Below are positions 17,932-28,344 of a DNA stretch of 64,000 nt, in pieces. Each line of letters opens with the position of its first letter. Position 1 is the stretch's first letter. The notes under the pieces are model-generated. The model worked only from the letters and a program-made list of their open reading frames with translations, was not told the origin of the DNA and did no database searches. The translations under genes were made by a program, and so were the position numbers. The stretch lies in the IMG/VR virus record IMGVR_UViG_3300044984_003188; one strand, written 5' to 3'. This DNA comes from a virus.

Positions 17932-19005
17932 ATGGCGGTTGATTCAAATACTTTTAAAAAGATAGGTGAAGTATTAGATTCTATCTCTTTAAAATACAAT
18001 TTTCAAGTAGCAAGAACAAGTCCTGCAGGAAAGCCAGCATCTGATAAACGTGGTGGCCGTGAATATAGAATGCAACTTATCAATTCTAATAATGATACAT
18101 CAGAATCATATAAAAAATATTTAATGAATTTAATATCTGTCTCAATAGAAGATGTTAAAAATATAAAATTTAATGAATTATCATCTAATAGTTCTAAGTA
18201 TTCATCAGTATCTTTTGATTTTGATGGGACTAGTTTTGATGTTATCATTTCAAAAGGTTCAAATAAAGGTGAAAATTTTGAAAAGAAAGTTGTATCAGAT
18301 CTACAAGGTGTTTTTCAAAATAAAGGTTTGGGTTCTGATTATAAAACTTTGGTAAAACAACTCACAACCGCAAATCCAAAATTTGCTAAAAATGAAATTA
18401 TTGATGTTAAACAAAGAACAGGATCAACTAAAAAAGAAGGCGTACCAATTGAAAATCTTGGTGAAATAATCGGAGATATTGTTTTGACCGATTCAATTGG
18501 TGAAAAATGGTATATTTCACTTAAAGATGTGAACGGTGATACATTCAGTTCATATTCTGGTGCCGCTAGTTTGATGGATAATAATGGTAATTTAGCACCT
18601 AAATCTGCTGGTGCTGAGTTTCTTAATGCATTCGGTGCTAATTTAAATTTAATTCAAGAAGGTTATGATCTTAGAGCCAAAAAGAAAATTGTTAGAAAAT
18701 CAATACCTATAGCTAAAATAAATTCATCAAAGATAAAAGCTATATTTGAACGTGCATGGGGTATGAATTATTTCTATGTAAGAAAAACATCTGGTGGTTG
18801 GAAAATATTTTGGTTGGATAGAAAAAAACTAGATAATCTTACTTCCAATATTAAAGTAACGGATATTAAATATCCTACTGCTTCATCCAAACAGATAACT
18901 ATTATGTGTTCAAATAATTATGCAGAATACTTAATAGAAATAAGAAATAGTAAGGGTGGGGAATATCCAAATGACACTAAATTTAAAATAAAAGCATTAA
19001 AATAA
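17932..19005 (+). CDS. hypothetical protein, PD-(D/E)XK-like nuclease fold possible
   Basis: GENFE...GDIVL...YISLK pattern; very AT-rich. Confidence 0.55.
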   Translation: MAVDSNTFKKIGEVLDSISLKYNFQVARTSPAGKPASDKRGGREYRMQLINSNNDTSESYKKYLMNLISVSIEDVKNIKFNELSSNSSKYSSVSFDFDGTSFDVIISKGSNKGENFEKKVVSDLQGVFQNKGLGSDYKTLVKQLTTANPKFAKNEIIDVKQRTGSTKKEGVPIENLGEIIGDIVLTDSIGEKWYISLKDVNGDTFSSYSGAASLMDNNGNLAPKSAGAEFLNAFGANLNLIQEGYDLRAKKKIVRKSIPIAKINSSKIKAIFERAWGMNYFYVRKTSGGWKIFWLDRKKLDNLTSNIKVTDIKYPTASSKQITIMCSNNYAEYLIEIRNSKGGEYPNDTKFKIKALK

Positions 19006-19017
19006 GAAAGCATAGCT

Positions 19018-21069
19018 ATGATTCAATTTTCAAACTTTCTAATAGAATCACTAGACGTTGATAAGCTCAAACACTTAGAGCATGCTGAGGATCATATCAT
19101 TCATGGTGGTGAAGAAGGATTAGTACATGCTGCTGATAATCTTGATGATCTTCATAATTTTCTTACTGGTGGTAAGTCTAAATCAAAAGTAACCACAAAA
19201 TACGATGGCAGCCCATCCGTAGCATTTGGGATTAATCCAGAGAACGGAAAGTTTTTTGTTGGTTCAAAATCTGTATTCAATGTGAATCCAAAGATTAACT
19301 ATACAGAAGCAGATATTGACAAGAATCATGGGCATGCGCCAGGGCTTGCCCAGAAACTTAAAATAGCACTAAAACACTTACCTAAGATTATGCCTACTGA
19401 TACTAAAGGGAATCCTACTGGTGTATATCAGGGTGATTTCCTTTATGATAAAAATGATCTTGAAGATGAGGATGGTAAGTATAAGTTTGCACCAAATACA
19501 ATTACGTATTCTGCGCCAAAAGATTCAGGTATGGGCAGAAAAATGAATGCATCAGAAATGGGCTTTGTTGTTCATACCAAATACAATGGTAAAAATCTGA
19601 CTGATATGAAAGCTGGATTTGATGTGGATCATTCTAAATTTAAACAAGATCCAGATGTAAATTTAGTCAATCCAGAAATTAATGATACTTCTAAATCGGT
19701 CTATTCACCTATTCAGCAAAGTATATACAAAAAACATATTGAAGCCGCCACTGAAAATTTTAGAAATACATCTTCCGATACTTTAAAGAACTTAGGTAAG
19801 CATGATGCTTATATTAAACCTTATATAAATCAAACTGTTCGAGATGGAACCACTCCATCAGTAGATGATTATAAGTCATCACTTGAAAGTAAAAGGGATA
19901 AAGAAGTTGCAAAAGTCAAAACCGAAGCTGCAAAGCAAAAGAAGGCTTCTGTTTATGATGAGCTTATTAATGACCTTAATAGCAACAAGCAAGACTACTC
20001 CCGAGCGTTTGCGATACATCATCATTTACAGAAAGCTAAGGATACTTTGGTTTCAGCTTTAGGTAATCCTACGGAATTTGAGCACACAGTTGGTGGTAAA
20101 AAAGTAAAACCAGAAGGGTTTGTTTCAATCCGTAATGGTAGACCTACAAAACTAGTTGATAGAGCAGAATTTAGTCGCTTGAATTTTGCTAATAATAGAG
20201 GTCGTGGTGAAGATACACCAGCAGAACCGGATGCTGTAAAGCCAAACGAAAGGGATACTAAGAACCCACATGTATTGGCATTTGGTAGAATGAATCCACC
20301 AACAATAGGTCACGGTGCTTTAGTTGATAAGGTGAAAGAATTGGCTTCTGCTAATAAAGCAAAGCACACTGTAGTATTATCGCACTCACAAGATCCGGAA
20401 AAGAATCCACTATCAGCTGAACAAAAGATAAAGCACGCCAAAAGATTCTTTCCAAATACCAATATTGAAGCAGCATCTGATGAAGCACCAACATTTATCC
20501 ATCATGCAAAAAAGCTTCATAAGCAAGGTGTAGACCATCTCATTATGGTGGGTGGATCTGATAGAGTTGATGAATATAAAAAGATTCTGGATAAGTATAA
20601 TGGACCAGGCAAAGACTTCAACTTCAAAAGAATAGACGTGGTTTCCGCTGGTGAAAGAGATCCTGATGCCGAAGGTGTATCTGGTATGTCGGCATCAAAA
20701 ATGCGTGGTCATGCTATGGGTAGAAATTTCTCTGAGTTCAAAAAGGGAATACCTAGTCATGTGCACCCAGAACATGCTAAGGAACTTTATGATGAAGTTC
20801 GTAAAGCAATGCATATTGAAATTGGACCTCAAACTTCTGGTATTTCTCTTGCTAGATATGCCAAGAGAAATGATGAAATTGGACACAGAGCTAAGGTGGA
20901 ACAGAAGCGAAGAGAAGAAACCAAGACTGCTACAAAAGTAAAAAATATCAATAAAGCTCCAAAAATTATAAAAGCAAAAGATATTAAAGAAGAAGTTACT
21001 GCTGATTCATCCAATGACAATTTAAAAAAGTTTGTTAAGCTTTGGCACGGAAGCTTGCATAGAAAATAA
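19018..21069 (+). CDS. DUF6267-like (ligase-like) domain fused to cytidyltransferase-like HIGH domain
   Basis: HLEHAED, TTKYDGSP, YQGD, PEGFV, KLVDRAEFS; then FGRMNPPTIGH, GSDRV, GMSASKMR. Confidence 0.8.
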   Translation: MIQFSNFLIESLDVDKLKHLEHAEDHIIHGGEEGLVHAADNLDDLHNFLTGGKSKSKVTTKYDGSPSVAFGINPENGKFFVGSKSVFNVNPKINYTEADIDKNHGHAPGLAQKLKIALKHLPKIMPTDTKGNPTGVYQGDFLYDKNDLEDEDGKYKFAPNTITYSAPKDSGMGRKMNASEMGFVVHTKYNGKNLTDMKAGFDVDHSKFKQDPDVNLVNPEINDTSKSVYSPIQQSIYKKHIEAATENFRNTSSDTLKNLGKHDAYIKPYINQTVRDGTTPSVDDYKSSLESKRDKEVAKVKTEAAKQKKASVYDELINDLNSNKQDYSRAFAIHHHLQKAKDTLVSALGNPTEFEHTVGGKKVKPEGFVSIRNGRPTKLVDRAEFSRLNFANNRGRGEDTPAEPDAVKPNERDTKNPHVLAFGRMNPPTIGHGALVDKVKELASANKAKHTVVLSHSQDPEKNPLSAEQKIKHAKRFFPNTNIEAASDEAPTFIHHAKKLHKQGVDHLIMVGGSDRVDEYKKILDKYNGPGKDFNFKRIDVVSAGERDPDAEGVSGMSASKMRGHAMGRNFSEFKKGIPSHVHPEHAKELYDEVRKAMHIEIGPQTSGISLARYAKRNDEIGHRAKVEQKRREETKTATKVKNINKAPKIIKAKDIKEEVTADSSNDNLKKFVKLWHGSLHRK

Positions 21070-21087
21070 AGTAAGGAATTAAATTAA

Positions 21088-22401
21088 ATGGCACAGTTTC
21101 GTAAAGATAGACACGAATATCTTGCTGATGGTAAAACTATCTTTGAAGTAGTAATGCTTGCCGATCAGTACGGTAGTCTAGTCGGTCCCGCAAATCCTTC
21201 TGGTACTGCGGTTGATGCTTTTGGTAGAGCAAGAATGTCGCTACCCTTGACATTGTTTGATTCCTCCCATCGTTATAAAGATAATGGTCTTTGGTCCACT
21301 TCTAATACAGCAGGTTCAACATATGCACATAATGCAAATGCCGGTTTAATTGAACTAAATTTACCCACTACAACAAATGCCGAGATTGTGCGTGAAACAA
21401 CAAAGGTGTTTTCTTATCAACCTGGTAAGTCTTTGCAGATAATGAGTACATTTGTATTCAATGCAGCTAAAGCAAATCTCCGCCAGCGTGTTGGTTATTT
21501 TGGCGCACAAAATGGCATTTACGTTGAACTTGATGGAACAACTCTTAATTTTGTTGAAAGATCATATATTAGTGGTGCAGTAAATGAAACACGTGTTGCT
21601 CAAGCTGATTGGAATATAGATACTCTTCTAGGTTCCGTTGACTCAAGCCCTTCTCAGATTACTCTTGACATTTCAAAAGCACAAATTCTATTCATTGATA
21701 TTGAATGGTTAGGTTTAGGGACCGTTAGATGTGGATTTGTAATTGATGGTAAAATGGTTCACTGTCATTCATTTCATCACGCAAATAAAGTTACGTCAAC
21801 ATATATGACAACAGCATCACTTCCGTTGCGTTATGAGATTAAAAATACCGGAACAACAGCATCTTCAAGCACTATGAAGCAAGTGTGTTCAACCGTTATT
21901 AGTGAAGGTGGTTATGAACTCCGTGGTGAACAGTGGGCGGTTGGGACTCCAGTTCAAACACCTAAAGCATTAACAACAGCTGGTACTTATTATCCTGTTG
22001 TTTCTATTCGGTTGAAATCTGATCGTCTTGAAGCAATTGCTATTTTGACGGCACTTTCTATTCTGGGTATCAATTCCAATCCATGTTCCGTTGCTTGGAG
22101 AGTTTATAGAGGAGCAACATTAACTTCACCATCTTGGAGCCCAGGTAGTTCTGATAGTTCCGTTGAATATGATATGACAGCAACAGGTTTAAGTGGTGGG
22201 ACTGTATTAGCACAAGGATATATTGGCATCACAAACCAAGCATCGCAGACAATTGACGTTCTAAAAGAAGCATTATTTAAGTTTCAATTGCAACGAAATG
22301 GTTTAACAGGTGTTCCAGAACCAATTACAATTGCTATGGCAGCATCAGTTAATAATGTCAATGCACTTGCTTCTATGGACTGGGAAGAAATTACGAGATA
22401 A
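21088..22401 (+). CDS. putative virion structural protein (beta-rich)
   Basis: DAFGRAR, YQPGKS, EWLGLGTVRCGF; in the late cluster. Confidence 0.65.
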   Translation: MAQFRKDRHEYLADGKTIFEVVMLADQYGSLVGPANPSGTAVDAFGRARMSLPLTLFDSSHRYKDNGLWSTSNTAGSTYAHNANAGLIELNLPTTTNAEIVRETTKVFSYQPGKSLQIMSTFVFNAAKANLRQRVGYFGAQNGIYVELDGTTLNFVERSYISGAVNETRVAQADWNIDTLLGSVDSSPSQITLDISKAQILFIDIEWLGLGTVRCGFVIDGKMVHCHSFHHANKVTSTYMTTASLPLRYEIKNTGTTASSSTMKQVCSTVISEGGYELRGEQWAVGTPVQTPKALTTAGTYYPVVSIRLKSDRLEAIAILTALSILGINSNPCSVAWRVYRGATLTSPSWSPGSSDSSVEYDMTATGLSGGTVLAQGYIGITNQASQTIDVLKEALFKFQLQRNGLTGVPEPITIAMAASVNNVNALASMDWEEITR

Positions 22402-22436
22402 CTTTTTTTATAAATATAAAAAAATTGGAGATTTCT

Positions 22437-23027
22437 ATGTTAGACGAAAAAAGAGGACTCTGGGATAATATCCATGCCAAGAGAAAAAGAATAGCGTCTG
22501 GTTCTGGTGAACGCATGCGTAAGCCAGGTGAAAAGGGTGCACCTACTGCTGCTGATCTTAAAGCTTCACAAGTGAAAGAAGATGCAGAAAAGCATTCTAA
22601 TGACCCAAGAAAACCAGCATCTAGATTTGATGCTTCTAATGAATTGGTAAAGACCTATAAAGACGAAACACCAGGTCAATCTAAGAATCCTTCCAAGACT
22701 CTTCGTATTCTCAAAAAGGTTGTTGAAGAAGCTCTTTATGAATGCAATGGAAATTGCACATGTGGTAAACATCAACCACCTGTTACTGAAGCTGAATATC
22801 AAGGTCGCTCGGTTCCTATTGGTAAGCCTATGAAGGGTGACGTCAAGAAATCCAAAGTTTATGTGAAGAATGAAAAGGGAAATACCATTAAGGTCAATTT
22901 TGGTGATCCTAATATGACAATTAAAAAGAATATTCCAGCTCGTAGAAAAAGTTTTAGAGCACGTCACAACTGTGATAATCCAGGACCTCGCACAAAAGCA
23001 AGATATTGGAGCTGCAGAGCATGGTAA
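22437..23027 (+). CDS. hypothetical late protein (DUF6321-like C-terminus)
   Basis: GLWDNIHAKRKR; RRKSFRARHNC...ARYWSC. Confidence 0.7.
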   Translation: MLDEKRGLWDNIHAKRKRIASGSGERMRKPGEKGAPTAADLKASQVKEDAEKHSNDPRKPASRFDASNELVKTYKDETPGQSKNPSKTLRILKKVVEEALYECNGNCTCGKHQPPVTEAEYQGRSVPIGKPMKGDVKKSKVYVKNEKGNTIKVNFGDPNMTIKKNIPARRKSFRARHNCDNPGPRTKARYWSCRAW

Positions 23028-23129
23028 AGTTTAAAGTGGTAGATCCGGTGAAAAAAATGGTTCGTAAAATATTAAATTATCTCAAGTGCACATTTATATG
23101 CCGCCAGAGATGCTTAAAAGGTAAATAAT

Positions 23130-23567
23130 ATGACGGAATTAGTTGATCAGATGAAAGTTGTGCTAGCTAGCACATTTGCTTTATATCTAAAGACTCATAA
23201 CTTTCATTGGAATGTAGAAGGATCTAACTTTGTTCAGTATCACACATATTTTGGCGACTTGTATGGTGAACTCTGGGGTGCAGTTGATACTATAGCTGAA
23301 CATATCAGAATACTTGGTGTTTATGCACCAGGAAGTTTATTAAGATTCTCACAATTATCAGTTATTGATGATCAAATTAATATTCCAACATCATTAAATA
23401 TGATTAAAGAACTTGAAGCTGATAACAGTAAGCTTAAAAATGAAATAGTAAAAGCTTATTTACTAGCAGAAAAAGCTAATGAAGCCGGTCTTTCCAATTT
23501 TCTACAGGATAGAATAGACATTCATGCTAAGCACGGATGGTTCCTAAAGTCAATGGGTAAGTCATGA
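23130..23567 (+). CDS. dps: Dps / ferritin-like protein
   Basis: KTHNFHWNVEG, H..F...Y, DTIAEHIR, HAKHGWFL. Confidence 0.92.
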   Translation: MTELVDQMKVVLASTFALYLKTHNFHWNVEGSNFVQYHTYFGDLYGELWGAVDTIAEHIRILGVYAPGSLLRFSQLSVIDDQINIPTSLNMIKELEADNSKLKNEIVKAYLLAEKANEAGLSNFLQDRIDIHAKHGWFLKSMGKS

Positions 23568-24280
23568 AAGAAGCAGCCATAATTTCTCAGGGTAGAATTA
23601 TAGGTGCTAGAGATGGCGCTTTTCGTCAATCCTCAAAATCTTCTGGTAGAGGAAGACATGATCATGGACTAGATGTTGGAGCAAGACGTAATACTGCTCA
23701 TGAAAAAGCATCAAAGGAACAAGATGCGGAACGTAAAGCAGAAAAAGAAAAAGAAATAGCTAAACGTAAAAAAGAATCTGAAAAGAGAATCAATCAAATG
23801 GAAGAAACTGAATCATCTGGTACCAAAATAAGAACCAAGATCAAAAATGTTAGTCGCCCAGATGATGTAGTTCCAACTTCAGGTAAGTCAAAGCTATCAA
23901 AGACCGCTGAAATTATCAGAAAAATAGTTGAGGAACGTATACTATTTGAGTCTGAGCATTTAAAGTCTTATAAAAAAGTATCATCATCTGAAAATTATAC
24001 TACATTTAAACACCCCGATGGTGATACTTTAAGTATTAAGAACAGTGGTTTTTTTCATGCCATTCATAAGGATTCAAATGGCAAAACCCACGCTTTTCAT
24101 GATCAAATGAGTTTATCATCTCATTTAAATAAATCTCATGGTGATAAACCAGTAGTTAAAGCTAAAGGTAAGTTATTGGATAAGCCAAAACTTAGAAGAA
24201 TATCGGATTATAAACCAGTAGAAAAACCACCCATCAAACATGGTTGGGTATCAACATTTCAGAAACAGGAGAAAACTTAA
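23564..24280 (+). CDS. hypothetical, probable internal head protein
   Basis: Charged, modular; late cluster. Confidence 0.55.
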   Translation: MKEAAIISQGRIIGARDGAFRQSSKSSGRGRHDHGLDVGARRNTAHEKASKEQDAERKAEKEKEIAKRKKESEKRINQMEETESSGTKIRTKIKNVSRPDDVVPTSGKSKLSKTAEIIRKIVEERILFESEHLKSYKKVSSSENYTTFKHPDGDTLSIKNSGFFHAIHKDSNGKTHAFHDQMSLSSHLNKSHGDKPVVKAKGKLLDKPKLRRISDYKPVEKPPIKHGWVSTFQKQEKT

Positions 24281-25635
24281 TGTTCAGCGATAAGCGATTT
24301 GGACTTTCAAGCAGCTTAATTGCTGCATCACGTGGTATCTTAGGTGAAGAAAAAGAAGATAAAGATAAAATCGACCCTAAAATGATGAAGGGTGGAAAAA
24401 CTAAAGTAGAACTAGAACCAAAAACTGATGATGATACTAGAGACTATGATGACAAAAAGAAGTCTATGAAAGAAGGTAAAGAGCATACCGTTCCAAAGAC
24501 TGATAAAGAAAAGAAGCTTGCCGCTCTTGCTTCACCAAAGGATAAGATCACTCATAAAGATGTGATGGTTGGTCGTGGTGTTATTGCTAAGGAAGAAGTT
24601 GATCTAGAGTCTCTGACTGAAGAAGATCTTGAAGAAGCATTAAAGAAGTCACAACCTGCAGGTGAATGGATTAAAGACTTTGTTAAGTCTGATAATCCAA
24701 AGTTTGCTGGCAAGTCAAAGAAGAAGCGTATGCAAATGGCTCTCGGTGCATACTATGCTAAGCAACGCAATGAAGAAGTTGAACTATCTGATGAAGAACT
24801 TGCACGTCTAGATGCTATTGCTCAATCTCTAGATGAAGCAAAGCCAACTATTGTTTCAGCTCCTATCCGTGGTGCTAATCAAGATCAGTCTGGTGAAAAC
24901 ACCAAGAGCACATCTACTGATTATACCATTTCCGATTCAAAGAAGATGAAGAAAGAAGAACTTGAACTAGATGAAGATAAAATATATTTTAAACACACAT
25001 CTGGCGTAAAAGGTGAAATTGAAAAATTAGGTAGAAATTATGTTACCAAAATAAAAGGCGCTATTCCTGGATATGGTCATATTTCACAAAAACATCATAA
25101 TACTAGAATTGATGCTGAAAACCATATGAAAAAAATTGGTTTTCATAAAGAAGAACTTGAACTAGATGAAGATAAAATATATTTTAAACACACATCTGGC
25201 GTAAAAGGTGAAATTGAAAAATTAGGTAGAAATTATGTTACCAAAATAAAAGGCGCTATTCCTGGATATGGTCATATTTCACAAAAACATCATAATACTA
25301 GAATTGATGCTGAAAACCATATGAAAAAAATTGGTTTTCATAAAGAAGAACTTGAACTAGATGAAGCAAAGCGTGGGCGCCCAAAGAAGAACCCAACACC
25401 AGATGATGAACAAGAAGAACATGAACATGTTATTATGCAGCTTCGTAAAGTTGTCTCAACTCATGGTGCTTTATCAGTCAAGCATCTTGATGGTAAATCC
25501 ACAAAGATTACACCACAACTTGCTCAGCATGCTTTGAATAAACACTCCGCCATGAAGACTGCCGCTGAAAAACAAGACTTCGAATCCAAGATGCACAAGA
25601 GTCATGATTCTATGAAAAGTGCTCTTGGTCAATAA
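24280..25635 (+). CDS. probable internal head polyprotein with EE(V/L)EL(D/S)E linkers
   Basis: GGAG RBS before MFSDKRFG; DFVKSDNPKFAGKSKKKR module; internal 65-aa duplication. Confidence 0.65.
   Translation: MFSDKRFGLSSSLIAASRGILGEEKEDKDKIDPKMMKGGKTKVELEPKTDDDTRDYDDKKKSMKEGKEHTVPKTDKEKKLAALASPKDKITHKDVMVGRGVIAKEEVDLESLTEEDLEEALKKSQPAGEWIKDFVKSDNPKFAGKSKKKRMQMALGAYYAKQRNEEVELSDEELARLDAIAQSLDEAKPTIVSAPIRGANQDQSGENTKSTSTDYTISDSKKMKKEELELDEDKIYFKHTSGVKGEIEKLGRNYVTKIKGAIPGYGHISQKHHNTRIDAENHMKKIGFHKEELELDEDKIYFKHTSGVKGEIEKLGRNYVTKIKGAIPGYGHISQKHHNTRIDAENHMKKIGFHKEELELDEAKRGRPKKNPTPDDEQEEHEHVIMQLRKVVSTHGALSVKHLDGKSTKITPQLAQHALNKHSAMKTAAEKQDFESKMHKSHDSMKSALGQ
24952..25366 (+). repeat. 195-bp tandem duplication bounded by three 25-bp AAAGAAGAACTTGAACTAGATGAAG linkers
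   Basis: CTTGAACTAG at 24961, 25156, 25351. Confidence 0.92.
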
Positions 25636-25667
25636 TAAATAAAAGAAACTTTTCAAAGGATATTAAA

Positions 25668-26297
25668 ATGTCAGTGGCATATACATATAGGGTAAAATGG
25701 AGTGCTACTGATATGTCTTATTATGGTATAAGATATGCTAAAGGTTGCAGTCCCAGTGAATTATGGAAAACATATTTTACGTCATCAAAATATGTTAATG
25801 CATATAGAAAAGAATATGGTGAACCAGATATAATACAAATTAGAAAACAATTTAATTGTATTAAAGAAGCTAGATCCTGGGAGCAAAAGGTGATAACAAA
25901 ACTAAATGCCCATAAAAGAAAAGATTATCTTAATAAAACAAATAATATAGCAATTATTAATACAGATGAAACAAATAAAAAAACATCTGAGAGAATGAAA
26001 ATAATCCGAAAAGGTGTTAAAAATATAAAATTATCTGAATTGAATAAATTAAAGGTTGGTGATTTAAATCCCTCAAGAAAATCTGAAGTAAGAATTAAAT
26101 TATCAATTGTTAATTCGGGTGCAAATAATGCTATGTATGGTGTTAAGGGTAGTCTTCATCCAAGATATGGTAAAATAGGGGCTTCAATAGGTAAAAAATG
26201 GTACCATGACCCTATAAATAATAAAGAATTTTATTTTTTTGAAAATGAAAAACCAAATAATTATCTCCCAGGAAGATTAAAAAAGAGAAAAGGATAA
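25668..26297 (+). mobile_element. free-standing GIY-YIG (Seg-like) homing endonuclease
   Basis: YTY...YYGIR, YFTSSK, EQKVI...LNK, NUMOD-like NNAMYG and GKKWYHD. Confidence 0.8.
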
Positions 26298-26302
26298 ATC
26301 AT

Positions 26303-27019
26303 ATGCTTTGGGGAAGAAACGATCAATCCGTAACAGCTAATTCCACAACAACAAGGGAGTCCTCAAACGGGGCTCCAATTGGAACTTATGTACTAGTAAA
26401 AGGCGACCAAGTTGGGCGTACTTCTGGTGCCAATGCTCACTTTGGTAATACCTCAGCACAATCACGTGCAAACGTTGATGTAAGAATGTTCAATAATACC
26501 ACACCTGGCGCATTTATAACAGGTCAGGCAGTAGGTATTTTTGGTGCTGATGCTGCCGAAGCCGCTTTTACTAAATTAACCCATGCCGGTTGGCTTGTCC
26601 GTAGAGCCGGAACAGGTTCACTTGCTTCATTCACAATTAATACTTCAGTAACAGCTACTGCATATAATAATGCTGACATTATTACCGTTAGATCTCTACA
26701 AGCTGGTGGTAATGCTACCGTAACCTTTACAACAAATTCAACCGGTGGTAATCTTGTATTTACCGTGTCAAATGTTGGTGCAGGTTTCACTTCGGCTACT
26801 ATTCCAACTTCAAATATTTCTGTGACAAATTCAACTGGTGGTACTGCTGCTGGTAATACAACCGTCACAAACTTTATTGCAAGAGCTGGTGGTAGAGCAG
26901 GAAGAGTTCACTTTGAAACTCTTGTAGCTATGGGAAGCCTTGGTGCACAGACAGCGCCATATGGAACACCAGCACTTGTTGCTGATGCTTCCGATGACAC
27001 AATTCTACCTGATTCCTAA
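26303..27019 (+). CDS. putative virion structural protein
   Basis: MLWG start, HAGW, GRVHFETLVAM; Gly/Thr/Ala-rich. Confidence 0.7.
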   Translation: MLWGRNDQSVTANSTTTRESSNGAPIGTYVLVKGDQVGRTSGANAHFGNTSAQSRANVDVRMFNNTTPGAFITGQAVGIFGADAAEAAFTKLTHAGWLVRRAGTGSLASFTINTSVTATAYNNADIITVRSLQAGGNATVTFTTNSTGGNLVFTVSNVGAGFTSATIPTSNISVTNSTGGTAAGNTTVTNFIARAGGRAGRVHFETLVAMGSLGAQTAPYGTPALVADASDDTILPDS

Positions 27020-27034
27020 TATTAGGTCAATATA

Positions 27035-27319
27035 ATGGCAAATGACGCTAAGAAAATTTCTGAACTAGCCGTCGCCACCACTCTATCTGCAAATGATAGA
27101 GTGGTGGTACTTGTGAGTCCCTCTACCACAGCAAATGTTAAGACTATTACAACATCAAATTTTGCTAATAGTGTGGCAGCTAAATTTATTTCAAATGTAG
27201 TGCCAACTAGTAATACATCCAATGGTAGCCCAGGGCAAATTGCTTATAACAACAATTATGTCTTTGTTTGTGTAGCCAATAATACATGGGGAAGAGCATC
27301 ACTTACTCTTTCTTGGTAA
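27035..27319 (+). CDS. putative structural protein
   Basis: KKISEL; GQIAYNNNYVFVCVANNTWGR. Confidence 0.65.
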   Translation: MANDAKKISELAVATTLSANDRVVVLVSPSTTANVKTITTSNFANSVAAKFISNVVPTSNTSNGSPGQIAYNNNYVFVCVANNTWGRASLTLSW

Positions 27320-27720
27320 TGATTCACGAAAAATTAACTGAAGATAATTTTCTAATATATTGTGCTAAGATATATGATAATCCTCAGATGTTAACATCTG
27401 AGGAATTTCTTGAAGATCTTCATAGAATAAAGTATATTAAAAAACTTATAACAAGATATAGTGAATCAAAAGATATTAATGAAAGATTGATTTTAAATCA
27501 CATCATAACTCTTCATAATTGTTTTGGTGTTTACTTGGCAAAAATCCTCTATTTAAAAATGAAAAAACAATTTCATTTTGTAAAACCTTTTCTTGTTTTA
27601 ATTGATGCTTTACCAGCTATTATACACAATGTTGGTGATGAAATCATTGTATATACGGACTCAATTCCAATGGATCTAAATATTATAAAAGCACTTAGAA
27701 AGATTAACAATGAAGGTTAA
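27319..27720 (+). CDS. conserved T4-like hypothetical protein
   Basis: YDNP...EFLEDL.RIKYIKKL...ERLILNHII. Confidence 0.8.
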   Translation: MIHEKLTEDNFLIYCAKIYDNPQMLTSEEFLEDLHRIKYIKKLITRYSESKDINERLILNHIITLHNCFGVYLAKILYLKMKKQFHFVKPFLVLIDALPAIIHNVGDEIIVYTDSIPMDLNIIKALRKINNEG

Positions 27721-27877
27721 AGAACAAGTAGCAACACCTGCAAATGCAGCTGGGTCTGGTTCTGTTGCTGGTATTGGTGTTGGATCTCAAGGTGAGCCTG
27801 GTGTTTATCCTAAGAAAAAGCTACGTCAAGTTATTTTAACAAAAACACCACTTAAAAGATTAACTCCAATTAAATAG
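27710..27877 (+). CDS. small conserved hypothetical protein (55 aa, not in track)
   Basis: PANAAGSGSVAGIG...EPGV. Confidence 0.65.
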   Translation: MKVKEQVATPANAAGSGSVAGIGVGSQGEPGVYPKKKLRQVILTKTPLKRLTPIK

Positions 27878-27885
27878 GTAAGAAT

Positions 27886-28278
27886 ATGGCACCGTCAGAA
27901 GATCAGCGATTTGATAAAATAGAAGAAGCAATATCAAGGTTATCTTCTGTTGCATCCGACATGTCCAGAATGCTTGCTGTGCATGATCAAAGACTTCAGC
28001 AACAAGAAAAAATGTCTGATACTATTGGTGCCCAACTTGAAAAAAGAAAAGATGAAGTAGACAAAAAATTTGATTTGGTCTATGAAACTATAAAATCCGG
28101 CGATGAATCCATAAAGCAAGAAATTAAAAAAATAGTTGATGCCAGAGATAAACAAATAGATGGCGCAAATGAAAAAATTTCAAGACTAGAAAAATGGCAG
28201 TGGATGGTCATGGGTGGTTCAGCTGTAATTGGATACCTCATTCACTTAGGGCTAAATGCAGCAAAAATATTGCAATAA
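27886..28278 (+). CDS. coiled-coil protein with C-terminal TM helix
   Basis: MLAVHDQRL...LEKWQWMVMGG. Confidence 0.7.
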   Translation: MAPSEDQRFDKIEEAISRLSSVASDMSRMLAVHDQRLQQQEKMSDTIGAQLEKRKDEVDKKFDLVYETIKSGDESIKQEIKKIVDARDKQIDGANEKISRLEKWQWMVMGGSAVIGYLIHLGLNAAKILQ

Positions 28279-28344
28279 ACCTATTGACATTTTTGCCAAC
28301 CATGGTATAATCAGGATTGACACAACAATGATGGTAATAAGATT

